Below are positions 1 through 9,992 of a stretch of 64,000 bases of DNA, in pieces. Origin of the DNA: an uncultured Methanosarcinales archaeon. Its GTDB lineage: Archaea > Nanobdellota > Nanobdellia > Woesearchaeales > CAZOXR01. Position numbers and translations under genes: made by a program. Position 1 is the first letter of the stretch. Every line of letters starts with the position of its first letter. The stretch covers positions 1 through 64,000 of the forward strand of contig CAZMIO010000001.1 in the NCBI GenBank assembly GCA_964566535.1, in the 5' to 3' direction. Below the pieces are notes generated by a model. That model was not told the origin of the DNA. It made no database searches and saw only the letters and a program-made list of their open reading frames with translations.

Positions 1-116
1 TCAGAAATAGACATTTCTGAGCACACTCCAAAATCTTTGATTTTGGATGAACCACTTAAATGGTGTAAGGTGTGCTACAGTCGTGTCACCCATCTGGATT
101 GAGGTGGTTTTTGACA
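1..116 (+). repeat. Double-hairpin palindromic element, copy A (5' end cut by window edge)
   Basis: TCAGAAAT-agac-ATTTCTGA, GCAC, then AACCACTT...AGGTGGTTTTTGACA; loop sequence resembles copies at 8473 and 45011. Confidence 0.8.
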
Positions 117-137
117 CTGGAGAAAACTGGGTTAAAA

Positions 138-488
138 CTATTTTTTGTCTAAGTTAGCATTAACTACATCAACAATTTTTTTCATGTTGTCATTGTTTAC
201 AGTTATTGTATATTCCTGTAGTACTAACTTTAGATCTTTTACCGTTTTTGGTAGAATGTCTATAATCTTATGAATGTGCTGTTCCTTTAATCTGGGAATT
301 TCTAACTTAGTAAGCTCTTCTTCTAATTTTTTAGCATTTTTTAGCGATGTGAAGTTATGAAGGTATTCTTCTGTTTTATTGATTCTTAGGCTTACTTCTT
401 CTTTGTCTCTTTTCTTGATTTGGTCTAGTTCTTCCTTTAACTGGAGAACATTTATTGGTTTTTCTGAGATTATGTTTGCGTCTGCCAT
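138..488 (-). CDS. rpo4: RNA polymerase subunit Rpo4/F
   Basis: KIIDILPKT..DL motif, size, and position next to eL21. Confidence 0.85.
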   Translation of the reverse strand: MADANIISEKPINVLQLKEELDQIKKRDKEEVSLRINKTEEYLHNFTSLKNAKKLEEELTKLEIPRLKEQHIHKIIDILPKTVKDLKLVLQEYTITVNNDNMKKIVDVVNANLDKK

Positions 489-489
489 T

Positions 490-777
490 TTATACCTTTC
501 TAAGATGTATTGGGTGAACTATTAAAGTTTTTTCTTTATTTCCATCTTTGATTGTGACTTCGAAGCATCTTCCTACCTTTGATTTTACAATGCCCCTTTT
601 TCCGTAGAATCTTGGGTGGTATAGTCCTTTTTGAACTGCAGGTTCAGCTAATAATGTAGCCATTTCTCCTGTTTTAAAGTTTTGAAGATATTTAGTAATG
701 CTAATCTTACCTTTATTTCTTATATCCTTCTTTAACTTATACCTAGTCTTTCTTCTGAATTTACCTATTCTTTTCAT
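490..777 (-). CDS. rpl21e: 50S ribosomal protein eL21
   Basis: KG.YHPRFYGKRG and K.LIVHPIHL motifs. Confidence 0.95.
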   Translation of the reverse strand: MKRIGKFRRKTRYKLKKDIRNKGKISITKYLQNFKTGEMATLLAEPAVQKGLYHPRFYGKRGIVKSKVGRCFEVTIKDGNKEKTLIVHPIHLRKV

Positions 778-821
778 AGTGAGGAGAAAAAATTACTATT
801 ATAAAAACCTTTCTAAAGCGA

Positions 822-2072
822 CTACCCTTTTATTATTCCGTAACCAATTAATCTGAATCTATTAGAAATCATTCTTGAGATCGTAACTCTTGAATCTAGG
901 GCTGCGCAGACTGGAAGCTTAAGTCTGCACGAGATTATGTTTTTCTTTAGTTTTGTTATTATCCCTATTGTTGATGCTGCGTTTACATTTAGCATTAAAG
1001 ATTCATTCATTTTGATTGGATCAACGTCTAAGTCGTCTTTTAGGCCTACTACTCTCTTTAGTAATGTGACTTCTAAGTTTAGTTCGTGGCGGACATCCGG
1101 TAGTTTTCCTGATAAGCCTACAAGATTTCCAGTTAATTTATCTGACTTTACGATTGTAGGGTCTAACGAGGTTAAGAGTCCTATTGAGCCTCCAGGTGAT
1201 GCTTCTTCGACTGATAAACTTCCTGTTTTGATGTCAGTTATTTTTGTGTTTATTGATTTCCAAGTTTTTTGGTTTTTTTCAGTAACATCATAACCTGGTT
1301 TGATTTCTATATTGTCCCCTACTTTTAGTTTTCCTTGTATTAAGGTGCCACCTAGAACACCACCTACAATGCTTTTTATCAATGAACCTGGTTTGTTTAT
1401 GTCGAATGATCTTGCTATAAGCATGATTGGGTCTTTTGTTGAGTCCCTTTCTGGTGTGGGCATTGTCTTTTCTATCGTTTCTATTAATTCAGATATGCCT
1501 ACATTGTGTTGAGCCGAGATTGGTATGATTGGGGCCTTTTCAAATGAAGTTCCTTTTATGAATTCTTTAATTTGTTTATGGTTCTCTATTGCTTTTTCTT
1601 CGCTTAGTAAGTCAATTTTGTTTTGGACAATGATTATGTCTTTTACGCCCATTATCTCTAAAGCCATTAGATGCTCTCTTGTTTGTGGTTGAGGACATTC
1701 TTCGTTGGCTGCGATTAATAGTAGTGCGCCGTCCATAATTGTTGCTCCTGAAAGCATTGTTGCCATCAGACTTTCGTGGCCAGGAGCATCTACGAATGAA
1801 ACTTTTCTAATTATTTTTGGCTCTGCTTTACAGACAGGACATTCTTTTTTAGTTGTGTTGATTTTACATTTAGCACATCTTCTTAGAATTGAATCTGCAT
1901 AACCTAATCTTATTGTAATTCCTCTTTTGATTTCTTCAGAATGAGTATCTGCCCACTTTCCGGACAGGGTTTCTAAGAGTGTTGTTTTACCGTGGTCAAC
2001 ATGACCAATCATGCCTATATTTATGACAGGTTGAATATTTTCTTCCTTCTTTTTGGTTGTCTTTTTCTTCAT
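822..2072 (-). CDS. eif2g: Translation initiation factor aIF2 gamma
   Basis: GHVDHGKTT, RGITIRLGY, DAPGHE, QNKID, terminal RLIGYG. Confidence 0.97.
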   Translation of the reverse strand: MKKKTTKKKEENIQPVINIGMIGHVDHGKTTLLETLSGKWADTHSEEIKRGITIRLGYADSILRRCAKCKINTTKKECPVCKAEPKIIRKVSFVDAPGHESLMATMLSGATIMDGALLLIAANEECPQPQTREHLMALEIMGVKDIIIVQNKIDLLSEEKAIENHKQIKEFIKGTSFEKAPIIPISAQHNVGISELIETIEKTMPTPERDSTKDPIMLIARSFDINKPGSLIKSIVGGVLGGTLIQGKLKVGDNIEIKPGYDVTEKNQKTWKSINTKITDIKTGSLSVEEASPGGSIGLLTSLDPTIVKSDKLTGNLVGLSGKLPDVRHELNLEVTLLKRVVGLKDDLDVDPIKMNESLMLNVNAASTIGIITKLKKNIISCRLKLPVCAALDSRVTISRMISNRFRLIGYGIIKG

Positions 2073-2073
2073 A

Positions 2074-2598
2074 CTATTTTTTCTCTTCCTTCTTAGGTTC
2101 TTCCTTTGGTTTTTCGCTTTGAGAAGCTTTAGGCTTCTCTAACCCTTTCTCGTCTTTACTCGAAAGTTTAGGAGCGTCTTTCTTAGCTTCTTCCTTAGGT
2201 GCTTCTGCTCCTTCTTCTGCTTTTGCACTTAGGACGTCTGCTAGTTTTTTAGAACCTTCTTTTGTAGCTTTTAAGTTTATTTGAACGATAGAATCATTTA
2301 CTTTGTGACCGCAGACTGTTTTTCTTCTTTGAAGTTCTTTTCTTTTGTTTCTGAATCCAACTCCACCAGTCAGTTTAATTCTTTTCCTGACTCCTAGAAT
2401 TCCTCTTCTCATTGGGAATCCGCAGAAATCAGAACCTCCTGTAACTTGGAATTCGTAACCAGTTAAGTCGAAAAGTTCTCCTTTTACTGTTTGGCCTATG
2501 TTTAAGCCGATAAAAGGGTCTGCTTGCTGGTCTTTAACTTCCTTTTGGTATGTTTTACCTGTTTTTGGATCTGAAATATTTAGTTTGAAACTTGCCAT
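2074..2598 (-). CDS. rps6e: 30S ribosomal protein eS6 with charged C-terminal extension
   Basis: FKLNISDPKTG, TGGSD..GFPM, RRKTV.G motifs. Confidence 0.95.
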   Translation of the reverse strand: MASFKLNISDPKTGKTYQKEVKDQQADPFIGLNIGQTVKGELFDLTGYEFQVTGGSDFCGFPMRRGILGVRKRIKLTGGVGFRNKRKELQRRKTVCGHKVNDSIVQINLKATKEGSKKLADVLSAKAEEGAEAPKEEAKKDAPKLSSKDEKGLEKPKASQSEKPKEEPKKEEKK

Positions 2599-2651
2599 TT
2601 TTGTTATCCTCCGATTAAGTTGGGTTAGAGAAATTAAAATTCATTTAAAAA

Positions 2652-2786
2652 CTATTCGGTTTTTAAACTGTCGTAAGGACTTTGTACTGAGATCATCTTG
2701 GGGGATGCCATATGGACATACTGCATTGTTGTTTGTGGACTTCCAACCAAGAAAATAATTGATAAGATAATTAATATATCTTTCAT
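2652..2786 (-). CDS. Small ORF with signal-peptide-like N-terminus (44 aa), possibly a gene remnant
   Basis: Not in the ORF track; MKDILIILSIIFLVGS..., preceded by SD GAGGTGA (2791-2797). Confidence 0.45.
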   Translation of the reverse strand: MKDILIILSIIFLVGSPQTTMQYVHMASPKMISVQSPYDSLKTE

Positions 2787-2852
2787 AATATCACCTCATA
2801 GATAGGGTACAGAGAGATAAGGGTTTTTTAATGTTTCTATTTAGAATATAAC

Positions 2853-3101
2853 TTATTTATATATATTCTTTCTATGCCCTACTTTAACAACTAAAAGAAT
2901 AATCTTATCGTGTATTATATCAATGAAGAGTCTATAATCTCCAACTCGAAATCTGTATACAGGATCATCAACTAATTTGGTAAGATGCGATTCTGGCCTA
3001 ATTCTAATCCTTTTTAGTGCATTAATAATTCTAACTTGAACATCTTTAGGTAGTTTTTTAAGCTGTTTTTCAGCTTTAGGAGTAAAGATTACTTGGTACA
3101 T
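2853..3101 (-). CDS. relE: RelE/ParE-family toxin
   Basis: YRFRVGDYR and VGHRKNIY motifs. Confidence 0.9.
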   Translation of the reverse strand: MYQVIFTPKAEKQLKKLPKDVQVRIINALKRIRIRPESHLTKLVDDPVYRFRVGDYRLFIDIIHDKIILLVVKVGHRKNIYK

Positions 3102-3320
3102 TTACAGCCCAAGTCTCTTTTCAACTTCTTCAAGAGTAGAAAATTTTCCTTCTTTGAATTCTTTTCTAGATTCTTCTATATCTTTCTTAGTTTCTTCAGA
3201 TAATTCTTTAGTATCCTCTATTAAATCCCAAATAATCTCTTCATAGCTCTCTTTGTCATACATCTTTCTATTTTTTAGCTCATCTACTAATTTATTACTT
3301 ACTTGTATTGTTGTTGCCAT
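3102..3320 (-). CDS. Cognate antitoxin (RHH-like N-terminus)
   Basis: MATTIQVS...ESYEEII, acidic tail; directly upstream of the toxin. Confidence 0.8.
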   Translation of the reverse strand: MATTIQVSNKLVDELKNRKMYDKESYEEIIWDLIEDTKELSEETKKDIEESRKEFKEGKFSTLEEVEKRLGL

Positions 3321-3405
3321 AGTGAACTATAGTTGGCTATAGTATATAAATTTTTCTGTTTTTGAAAACGACATCTTTTTAAGGTATTTTATACTGCTTA
3401 ATTGA

Positions 3406-4896
3406 ATGGTAGATTCACAAACACAATTAGTTTCGTATGAAAATGTTCCTGATGGGCACTTTTCCTATAGGGGAGAGACTATTCCTGATTTAGCTATGCC
3501 TTGGAGAGGTATGACTCTTGGTGGCTTTCTTGCGACTCTTCCAGCAGATGATAGGGGCCATAGAGTTGATATAGATTTTGGTAGGGAGTATACAACTGAG
3601 GAAGTGGCAAAACTAGTTGGTAGACATTGGAGTAGAATTAGTCCTCGTATTACTCCTTATATTAATGCAGGGTTAGATGGTGTTAGAACAGAAGTAAGAA
3701 AAAAGTGGTTTACTGGACCAAGGGCTCTTAGCATGTATTTTATTACTGGAGCTTATGATAGTCCAGCTTCTTTAGTTGATGTAGTAGAAACACCTCCAAT
3801 TGCAGTTGCCCAAACAATACCTAGAATGGAAAGTGAAATGGTCTCTTTTGAAGATGCCCCCGAGGGTAAGTTTCGTTATGGTCTAGGACTTAGACATGTG
3901 ATTGATGATAGGAAAGTACAAGGCAAATATCTGTTAAGTGCTCTTATTGCGAGACTTGAACCAGATGCAAGTGAACATAGACCCCTTCAGGTATTGGATT
4001 ATACTCCTGGTTCAGAATATACTTTCAGAGATCTTGCTAAAATCCTTAACGTTCAACCACAAACTGTTAAAAAGCGTACATTGATGGAGCGTAAGAAAAC
4101 AGTTATTCCTGGTTTGACAGTTGGTGCTGGTAGTTTAGAAAGTCAATTAACTGGCTCTGCTGCAGCACAGGTTATAATGGCTTCCCCTAATCTTGTAACT
4201 CAATTAATGGATCCTGAAAATTTTGTTCTTTCAGAGATGCTTGGCTATCAAAGAGCATGGCTAGGAGAACGTGATGGAGGGGCATTCAAACTTCTATCTG
4301 ATTGGGTCCTTGAGACTTATTCTCAACTTGCTCAATCTTTTTTTAGCTCAAAACATGATTCAGATAATGCTTTGCAAGAGGTTCTAATTAAACTTTCAGA
4401 AAAAGACCTTCCGGATATGACTGACCATCAAATGTTTAGGTATGTTAGAGCGATGGTTAAGAATCAATCTTTAGATTTAATAACGGCTCGAAAAAGTCCC
4501 ACAGCCACTGGCTCAACTTTCCAAAAAGGTGCTTTTTGTATTGATAATGATGGGGTAACGGGTGATGATGGAGGGGCTGTTTCCGAAATTGGATGGGAAG
4601 CTTTTGCATATTCTACCGAACAGATTCAACATCTTGATGAGCATGATACTCTTGGACGTATGGGGACAGAGGAATGTACAACTGATCTTAGTGAAGTTGT
4701 TCCGAGGGTTTTATCTACTCTTAGACCAAAAGACCAAGAGATTGTTCAAGCTGTCTTTTATGGTGGGCTTTCTTATCGTAAAGCTGCAGCTCATCTTGGA
4801 TATGGATTGTCGGATATAAAAATAAGTATGCGTAGAGCGTTTGAGGTGTTAAGGTGGGGACCAATGAGAGAACTCTATGAGGAACAGTTAGACTGA
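3406..4896 (+). CDS. ECF sigma-70-like protein (regions 2 and 4) with two N-terminal HTH-containing repeats
   Basis: DNALQEVLIKL...FRYVRAMVKNQSLDLI (sigma2-like); LRPKDQEIVQAVFYGGLSYRKAAAHLG...IKISMRRAFEVLR (sigma4-like). Confidence 0.7.
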   Translation: MVDSQTQLVSYENVPDGHFSYRGETIPDLAMPWRGMTLGGFLATLPADDRGHRVDIDFGREYTTEEVAKLVGRHWSRISPRITPYINAGLDGVRTEVRKKWFTGPRALSMYFITGAYDSPASLVDVVETPPIAVAQTIPRMESEMVSFEDAPEGKFRYGLGLRHVIDDRKVQGKYLLSALIARLEPDASEHRPLQVLDYTPGSEYTFRDLAKILNVQPQTVKKRTLMERKKTVIPGLTVGAGSLESQLTGSAAAQVIMASPNLVTQLMDPENFVLSEMLGYQRAWLGERDGGAFKLLSDWVLETYSQLAQSFFSSKHDSDNALQEVLIKLSEKDLPDMTDHQMFRYVRAMVKNQSLDLITARKSPTATGSTFQKGAFCIDNDGVTGDDGGAVSEIGWEAFAYSTEQIQHLDEHDTLGRMGTEECTTDLSEVVPRVLSTLRPKDQEIVQAVFYGGLSYRKAAAHLGYGLSDIKISMRRAFEVLRWGPMRELYEEQLD

Positions 4897-5207
4897 TTCT
4901 CAATCAAAGATTTCAACGTAACTGGCTTACAACTATCGACTTTTCTTCCAAAGAAAGGATACTGTTTGCAAATCTTTGGTCTGTCAGAATAAATCTTGCA
5001 GACGTTCCTATCTCTTAAAAAAATACATTTTCCATTTACTTTTCTTAGAATATTGTCATTAATAGTTCCTATTTCTAATTTGTCTAAGAAGTAATCTTCA
5101 GAATAATTTTTCTTTATCCTTTTAATATCAGAATTATAAAGTTTAATTACATACTTTCTACAACACTGACCGCATCTTTCACATCTAAATGTTTTTTTAT
5201 TAAGCAT
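4875..5207 (-). CDS. YkgJ-family cysteine-cluster protein
   Basis: CERCGQCC...CIFL...CKIYSDRPKICKQYPF. Confidence 0.9.
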   Translation of the reverse strand: MLNKKTFRCERCGQCCRKYVIKLYNSDIKRIKKNYSEDYFLDKLEIGTINDNILRKVNGKCIFLRDRNVCKIYSDRPKICKQYPFFGRKVDSCKPVTLKSLIENQSNCSS

Positions 5208-6448
5208 TATTTTTTGGTTAATTTAATACTGATAATTCTTCTATCTTTGATTTCTTTGATGATTGCTTTATACTTTTTATCTAATTCTACTATATCTCCT
5301 TCCTGGGGGATCTTACCTTCTTTGTGTAGTACGAATCCGCCAAAGGTTTCGAAGCCCTTACCTTTGAATTGAGTCTTTAACTTTTCATTTACTTCATCAA
5401 CATCCGCCTTACCCATAATTAACCAGCTTTTTTTGCTTAATTTTTTGATGTTAGGCATTACTTTTTCTGTTTCATCCACTATCTCTCCAACTATCTCTTC
5501 TAAAACATCTTCTATTGTGACTAATCCTGAAACAATGCCATGTTCGTCAACAACAATTGCCATGTGTTCTTTTCTTTTCTGGAATTGTCTAAGTATGTTA
5601 TCAGTTTTAACTGTTTGTGGAATAAAGAAAGGTTTTCTCATAATCTTTGAAACAAGCAGTTCATTAAATCCTTTTTTCCCGATGTATTGGTAAATGTCTT
5701 TAACATTTAGAATACCTTTGATGTGGTCTCTTGTTTTTTCATAAATAGGAAATCTTGAGAAGGGTGTTTTTTTAATGAGTCCTAACACTTCTTTTACTTT
5801 TTTATCCACACTAATGCAAGTCATATCTGGCCTAGGAGTCATTATTTCCTTGACATTTATTTCATCGAACTTGAAAATATTGTGAATCATCTCTTTTTCA
5901 ATTTCTTTTATTGATCCTGCTTCTTCACCAGCTTTTACATAACTTTTGAGTTCATCTTCTGTTACAATTGTTTCTTTCTTCTTTATACCTAATATTTTGT
6001 TTAATAGCTGAACAAACCAATCCAATATTTTCATAAGGGGGAATAAGATTATACTTAAAATCCAGATTGGTCTTGCTACTAATAATGCAATAAATTCGGA
6101 ATGTTGTGTAGCAATTGATTTTGGAGAGATTTCCCCGAAAATTAATAGGAGTAAAGTGGTAATACCTGTTGCAATTCCAATAGCATTACTAAACCCTAGG
6201 TCAATTACTAACTTTGTGGTAATTGCAGCTGTGGCAACATTGACAACATTGTTTCCAATTAGAATCGTAATTAACATCCGATGAGTGTCTTCTTTAAGTT
6301 TGTACAGTATTTTAGCTCCCCTTTTCTTCTGTCCCAGAAGATGTTTGGCTTTAAGTTTATTAACTGAAGCTAATGCTGTTTCTGAGCCTGAAAAGAATGC
6401 TGACAAGACTAATAAAACTACAAGTGTATAAATTTCGTTTGGAATCAT
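5207..6448 (-). CDS. CNNM/hemolysin-family membrane protein (DUF21-CBS-CorC)
   Basis: SAFFSGSETA, GEISPK, VDEHG..SGLVTIEDVLEEIVGEI. Confidence 0.92.
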   Translation of the reverse strand: MIPNEIYTLVVLLVLSAFFSGSETALASVNKLKAKHLLGQKKRGAKILYKLKEDTHRMLITILIGNNVVNVATAAITTKLVIDLGFSNAIGIATGITTLLLLIFGEISPKSIATQHSEFIALLVARPIWILSIILFPLMKILDWFVQLLNKILGIKKKETIVTEDELKSYVKAGEEAGSIKEIEKEMIHNIFKFDEINVKEIMTPRPDMTCISVDKKVKEVLGLIKKTPFSRFPIYEKTRDHIKGILNVKDIYQYIGKKGFNELLVSKIMRKPFFIPQTVKTDNILRQFQKRKEHMAIVVDEHGIVSGLVTIEDVLEEIVGEIVDETEKVMPNIKKLSKKSWLIMGKADVDEVNEKLKTQFKGKGFETFGGFVLHKEGKIPQEGDIVELDKKYKAIIKEIKDRRIISIKLTKK

Positions 6449-7201
6449 TTACTTTTTAGTTAACGTTTTAACGTATTCTATTAATTCTGTTGGAACTGGT
6501 AATATTATTGTGCTATTCTTTTCGGTTGCAATTTCTGACATTGTCTGAAATAACCTTAATTGTAGTGAAGCTGGTTCTTTTGACAATACTCTCCCAGCTT
6601 CAGATAATTTTACAGATGCTTGTTGTTCTCCTGTTGCCAAGATTACCCTTGCCCTTCTATCTCTTTCTGCTTCTGCCTGGTGAGCCATTGCTCTTTTCAT
6701 TATTTCAGGCAGTTCAATGTCTTTAACTTCAATTTTGGTGACTTTAATGCCCCATGGGTCTGTATCTTTATCAACTATTACTTGGATTTTATTAGAAATT
6801 TCTTCCCTTTTAGATAAAATTCCGTCTAATTCAAACTCTCCAATAATGTGCCTCATTGTTGTTTGTGCTAGTTGTGAAACAGCATAACCAAAATGCTCTA
6901 CTTCAATAATAGCATTCTTAGCATCCATTACTTTGTAATAAAGGACCGCATTTACTTTTAGTGAGACATTGTCTTTAGAAACACATTCTTGAGAGGGTAC
7001 GTCAACTGCTTTTACCCTTATATCGACACGCTCCCATGTTTGAATGATTGGGACAACTAATTTTAATCCAGGTTCCATCACTCCTGAGAATTTACCAAGT
7101 GTAAATTTAACTCCACGTTCGTATTGTTTAACTACTTTTAAACTACTAATGATTATAGCTAATATTAGTATAATTAGTGAATTACCAAATAAAAGAGCCA
7201 T
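6449..7201 (-). CDS. SPFH/stomatin-like (slipin) protein
   Basis: QYERGVKFTLG, AQTTMR, WGIKV, QAEAERDRRA. Confidence 0.93.
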   Translation of the reverse strand: MALLFGNSLIILILAIIISSLKVVKQYERGVKFTLGKFSGVMEPGLKLVVPIIQTWERVDIRVKAVDVPSQECVSKDNVSLKVNAVLYYKVMDAKNAIIEVEHFGYAVSQLAQTTMRHIIGEFELDGILSKREEISNKIQVIVDKDTDPWGIKVTKIEVKDIELPEIMKRAMAHQAEAERDRRARVILATGEQQASVKLSEAGRVLSKEPASLQLRLFQTMSEIATEKNSTIILPVPTELIEYVKTLTKK

Positions 7202-7302
7202 TAATGTATCACCCTGTTTGTTCTGTGGATTATTAATATATAAATATTTGCTTTTGCTATCATAACAATAACTTTTTATATTACTTCTTTATCTTAGTTG
7301 CT

Positions 7303-8478
7303 ATGAAAATAGAAGCTAGTGAGAGGATTAAGGGACTAAGTTCGTATGCTTTTGCGGATGTTGATAATGAAGTTGCAAAGTTGAAGAAGTTAGGTGTTAC
7401 CCCTATAGATTTTGGTGTTGGAGATCCAAAGGAGCCCACTCCTGGTTTGATTAGAAATTATTGTAAGAGGGCTCTTGATAAGAGAAAAGAGTCTGGTTAT
7501 CCATCATATATCGGTTCAAAGGATTTTAGGGAAGAGATTGCTAAATGGACTAAAGAGCGGTTTAATGTTAGTCTTGATTTTGAGAAAGAGATAACTTCTA
7601 GCATTGGAGCTAAAGAGGCAGTATTTAACTTTCCAGAGGCATATGTTAATCCTGGAGATTATGTTTTGATGCCTAATCCTGGTTATCCTCCTTATGAACG
7701 GGGCACGTTATTTGCTGAAGGGCAGCCATTTTTTCTTCCATTGAATGAAGAGAACAATTTCATGCCTAATTTAGAAGAGATTCCAGTTGATATTGTAAAG
7801 AAATCTAAGATATTGTGGATTAATTATCCTAATAATCCTACTGGGGCTGTTGCTAATAAGTCTTTTTTGAAGGAAGTTGTTGATTTTGGACATGATAATG
7901 GCATAGTTATTGCTTCTGATGAATGTTATACTGAACTTTATTTTGATGAGAAGCCAATGTCTATACTTGAAGTGGATAGGGAGGGAGTTGTTGTTATACA
8001 GAGTTTGTCTAAGAGAAGTAACATGACAACTTATAGAGTTGGATGGTTAATGGGGGATGAGAACCTTATTGATGTTTTTAAGAAATTAAAAACTAATGTT
8101 GATTCTGGTACTCCTACTTTTATTCAGGATGCTGCAATTGCGGCTTTAAGTGATGAGAAGCACGTTGAAACTGCTAGGTTAGATTATAAGAAGAAACGGG
8201 ATATTATGGTTGATGCTTTAACTTCTGCTGGATTGGCAGAATGTAGGCCCAAAGCTACGATTTATATCTGGCAGAAGGTTCCTGAGGGTATGAGTTCTGT
8301 TGATTTTGCAAAGAAACTGCTTGATAAAGATATTGGTGTAGTGACCACTCCCGGGTCATGGATTTCGAATACTGTTAATGAAGAGAATCCTGGTGAGGGC
8401 TTTGTTAGATTGGCTTTAGTTCCAACAGTTGCTGAGTGTAAGGGTGCTGCTGAGAAGTTGAAGAATTTGAAGTGTTAG
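7303..8478 (+). CDS. dapL: LL-diaminopimelate aminotransferase-like PLP enzyme
   Basis: GVGDP, NYPNNPTGA, SLSKRSNMTTYRVG, KTNVDSG; next to hom and asd. Confidence 0.8.
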   Translation: MKIEASERIKGLSSYAFADVDNEVAKLKKLGVTPIDFGVGDPKEPTPGLIRNYCKRALDKRKESGYPSYIGSKDFREEIAKWTKERFNVSLDFEKEITSSIGAKEAVFNFPEAYVNPGDYVLMPNPGYPPYERGTLFAEGQPFFLPLNEENNFMPNLEEIPVDIVKKSKILWINYPNNPTGAVANKSFLKEVVDFGHDNGIVIASDECYTELYFDEKPMSILEVDREGVVVIQSLSKRSNMTTYRVGWLMGDENLIDVFKKLKTNVDSGTPTFIQDAAIAALSDEKHVETARLDYKKKRDIMVDALTSAGLAECRPKATIYIWQKVPEGMSSVDFAKKLLDKDIGVVTTPGSWISNTVNEENPGEGFVRLALVPTVAECKGAAEKLKNLKC

Positions 8479-8598
8479 AATTCTACTAATCTATGATTAA
8501 TGGTTAAATGTAGAATTCTAATCATGCTCAAAAATCACCTGAATCGAATTAGTTTCGTTATAAGCATACTGCTCATCTATAATGGGTGATTTTCGACA
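8473..8598 (+). repeat. Double-hairpin palindromic element, copy B
   Basis: TGTTAGAATTCTAC...GTAGAATTCTAA-TCATGC-TCAAAAATCACC...GGTGATTTTCGACA; supplies the dapL stop codon. Confidence 0.8.
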
Positions 8599-8606
8599 TT
8601 TTAATT

Positions 8607-9860
8607 TTACATATCTTCAATTCTTATTAGAATGGGTTTTTCTTTAACTATGTCTAGCTCTTCAATTTCTTTAATCGCTTTGTTTATGTCTTTTTCAATT
8701 GCTTTGTGGGTTAATATAACAATTGGTACTATTTCTTTTTCTAATTCTTTTTGTTGTACTCCTGAAATGCTGATATTGTTGTCCCCTAATACTTTTGAGA
8801 ATTTTGCTAGAACTCCTGGGACGTCTGGGACTTTTAATCTTAAGTAGTATCTTGATTCAATTGAATTTATATCTTTGATGGTTATATCATTGAATGAATT
8901 GTTCAATATTTTGTTGTTGTTAGCAATATCTATTATGTCTCCTATGATGACTGTTGCTGTAGGTAATTGACCTGCGCCTTTGCCGTATAGCATGTTGTCA
9001 GTAATATTTTCTCCGTTGATATATATTGCATTGAATTCATTGATTACTGAGCACAATTCATGTGACTTTGAGATCATTGTTGGATGTACTCTTAGTTCAA
9101 TCTCTCCGTTAAGTTTTTTTCCAATTGCTAAAAGTTTTATCTCATATCCTAATTCATTAGCATATTTTATGTCAAGTTTGCTAAGCTTTGAGATACCTTC
9201 TGTGTGGATTTTATCGTTTATTTTATGGTTGAATGCTAATGATGAAAGGATGGCTAGTTTTTGTGAAGCATCTAGGCCTTCTACATCAAATGTTGGATCT
9301 GGTTCTGCAAAACCTAATTCTTGTGCTTTTTTTAATGCGTCTTCGTAGGACATCCCTTCTTTCATTCTTGTTAGGATGTAGTTGGTTGTTCCGTTTAGGA
9401 TTCCATAGATTGATTTTATTCTTTCTGATGCGAAGCTTTGTTTTAATGATTTTATTATAGGGACACAACCGCCAACTGCTGCTTCGAAGAGTAAGGATAC
9501 ATTATTTTCTTCTGCTGTTTTGAAAAGTTCATTTCCGTGTTTTGCAATAACTGCTTTATTTGCTGTTACAACGTGTTTTTTGCTTTTTAGTGCTTCTTCT
9601 ATTATAGTTCTTGCTGGTTCGTAGCCCCCTACGAGTTCTATTACTATGTCTATGTCTTTGTCGTTAATTATTTCTTTGTAGTCAGTAGTGTGTTTTTCAA
9701 TTAATCCAAGACTTTCTGCCTTATCTTTATGAAGATTACACACCTTTTTGATATTGAGGGCAATTCCTGTTCTTTTCTCAATTAGTTCTGAATTGTTCTT
9801 TAGTATACTCACTACTCCAGAGCCAATTGTTCCCAGTCCTATAATTCCTATATTTGTCAT
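8607..9860 (-). CDS. hom: Homoserine dehydrogenase with C-terminal ACT domain
   Basis: GLGTIGSG, VVTANKA, GILNGTTNYIL, GFAEPDP. Confidence 0.95.
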   Translation of the reverse strand: MTNIGIIGLGTIGSGVVSILKNNSELIEKRTGIALNIKKVCNLHKDKAESLGLIEKHTTDYKEIINDKDIDIVIELVGGYEPARTIIEEALKSKKHVVTANKAVIAKHGNELFKTAEENNVSLLFEAAVGGCVPIIKSLKQSFASERIKSIYGILNGTTNYILTRMKEGMSYEDALKKAQELGFAEPDPTFDVEGLDASQKLAILSSLAFNHKINDKIHTEGISKLSKLDIKYANELGYEIKLLAIGKKLNGEIELRVHPTMISKSHELCSVINEFNAIYINGENITDNMLYGKGAGQLPTATVIIGDIIDIANNNKILNNSFNDITIKDINSIESRYYLRLKVPDVPGVLAKFSKVLGDNNISISGVQQKELEKEIVPIVILTHKAIEKDINKAIKEIEELDIVKEKPILIRIEDM

Positions 9861-9992
9861 AAAAGTTAGGTTTTGAGGGTGAGAATATAAATATTTTGGT
9901 TGGTTTTATTCTTAAGGGAATAATTGTAGATGAGGAAAAATGTTATTATCCTAACACAATATTTTTAAATACACTTCTTTGTTCTTTTTGTT

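Noticed and set aside
937..1902. Antisense and alternate-frame ORFs here and throughout (e.g. 20498-20992, 33452-34594, 41497-41970)
   Set aside because: They are shadows of well-supported genes and carry no motifs.
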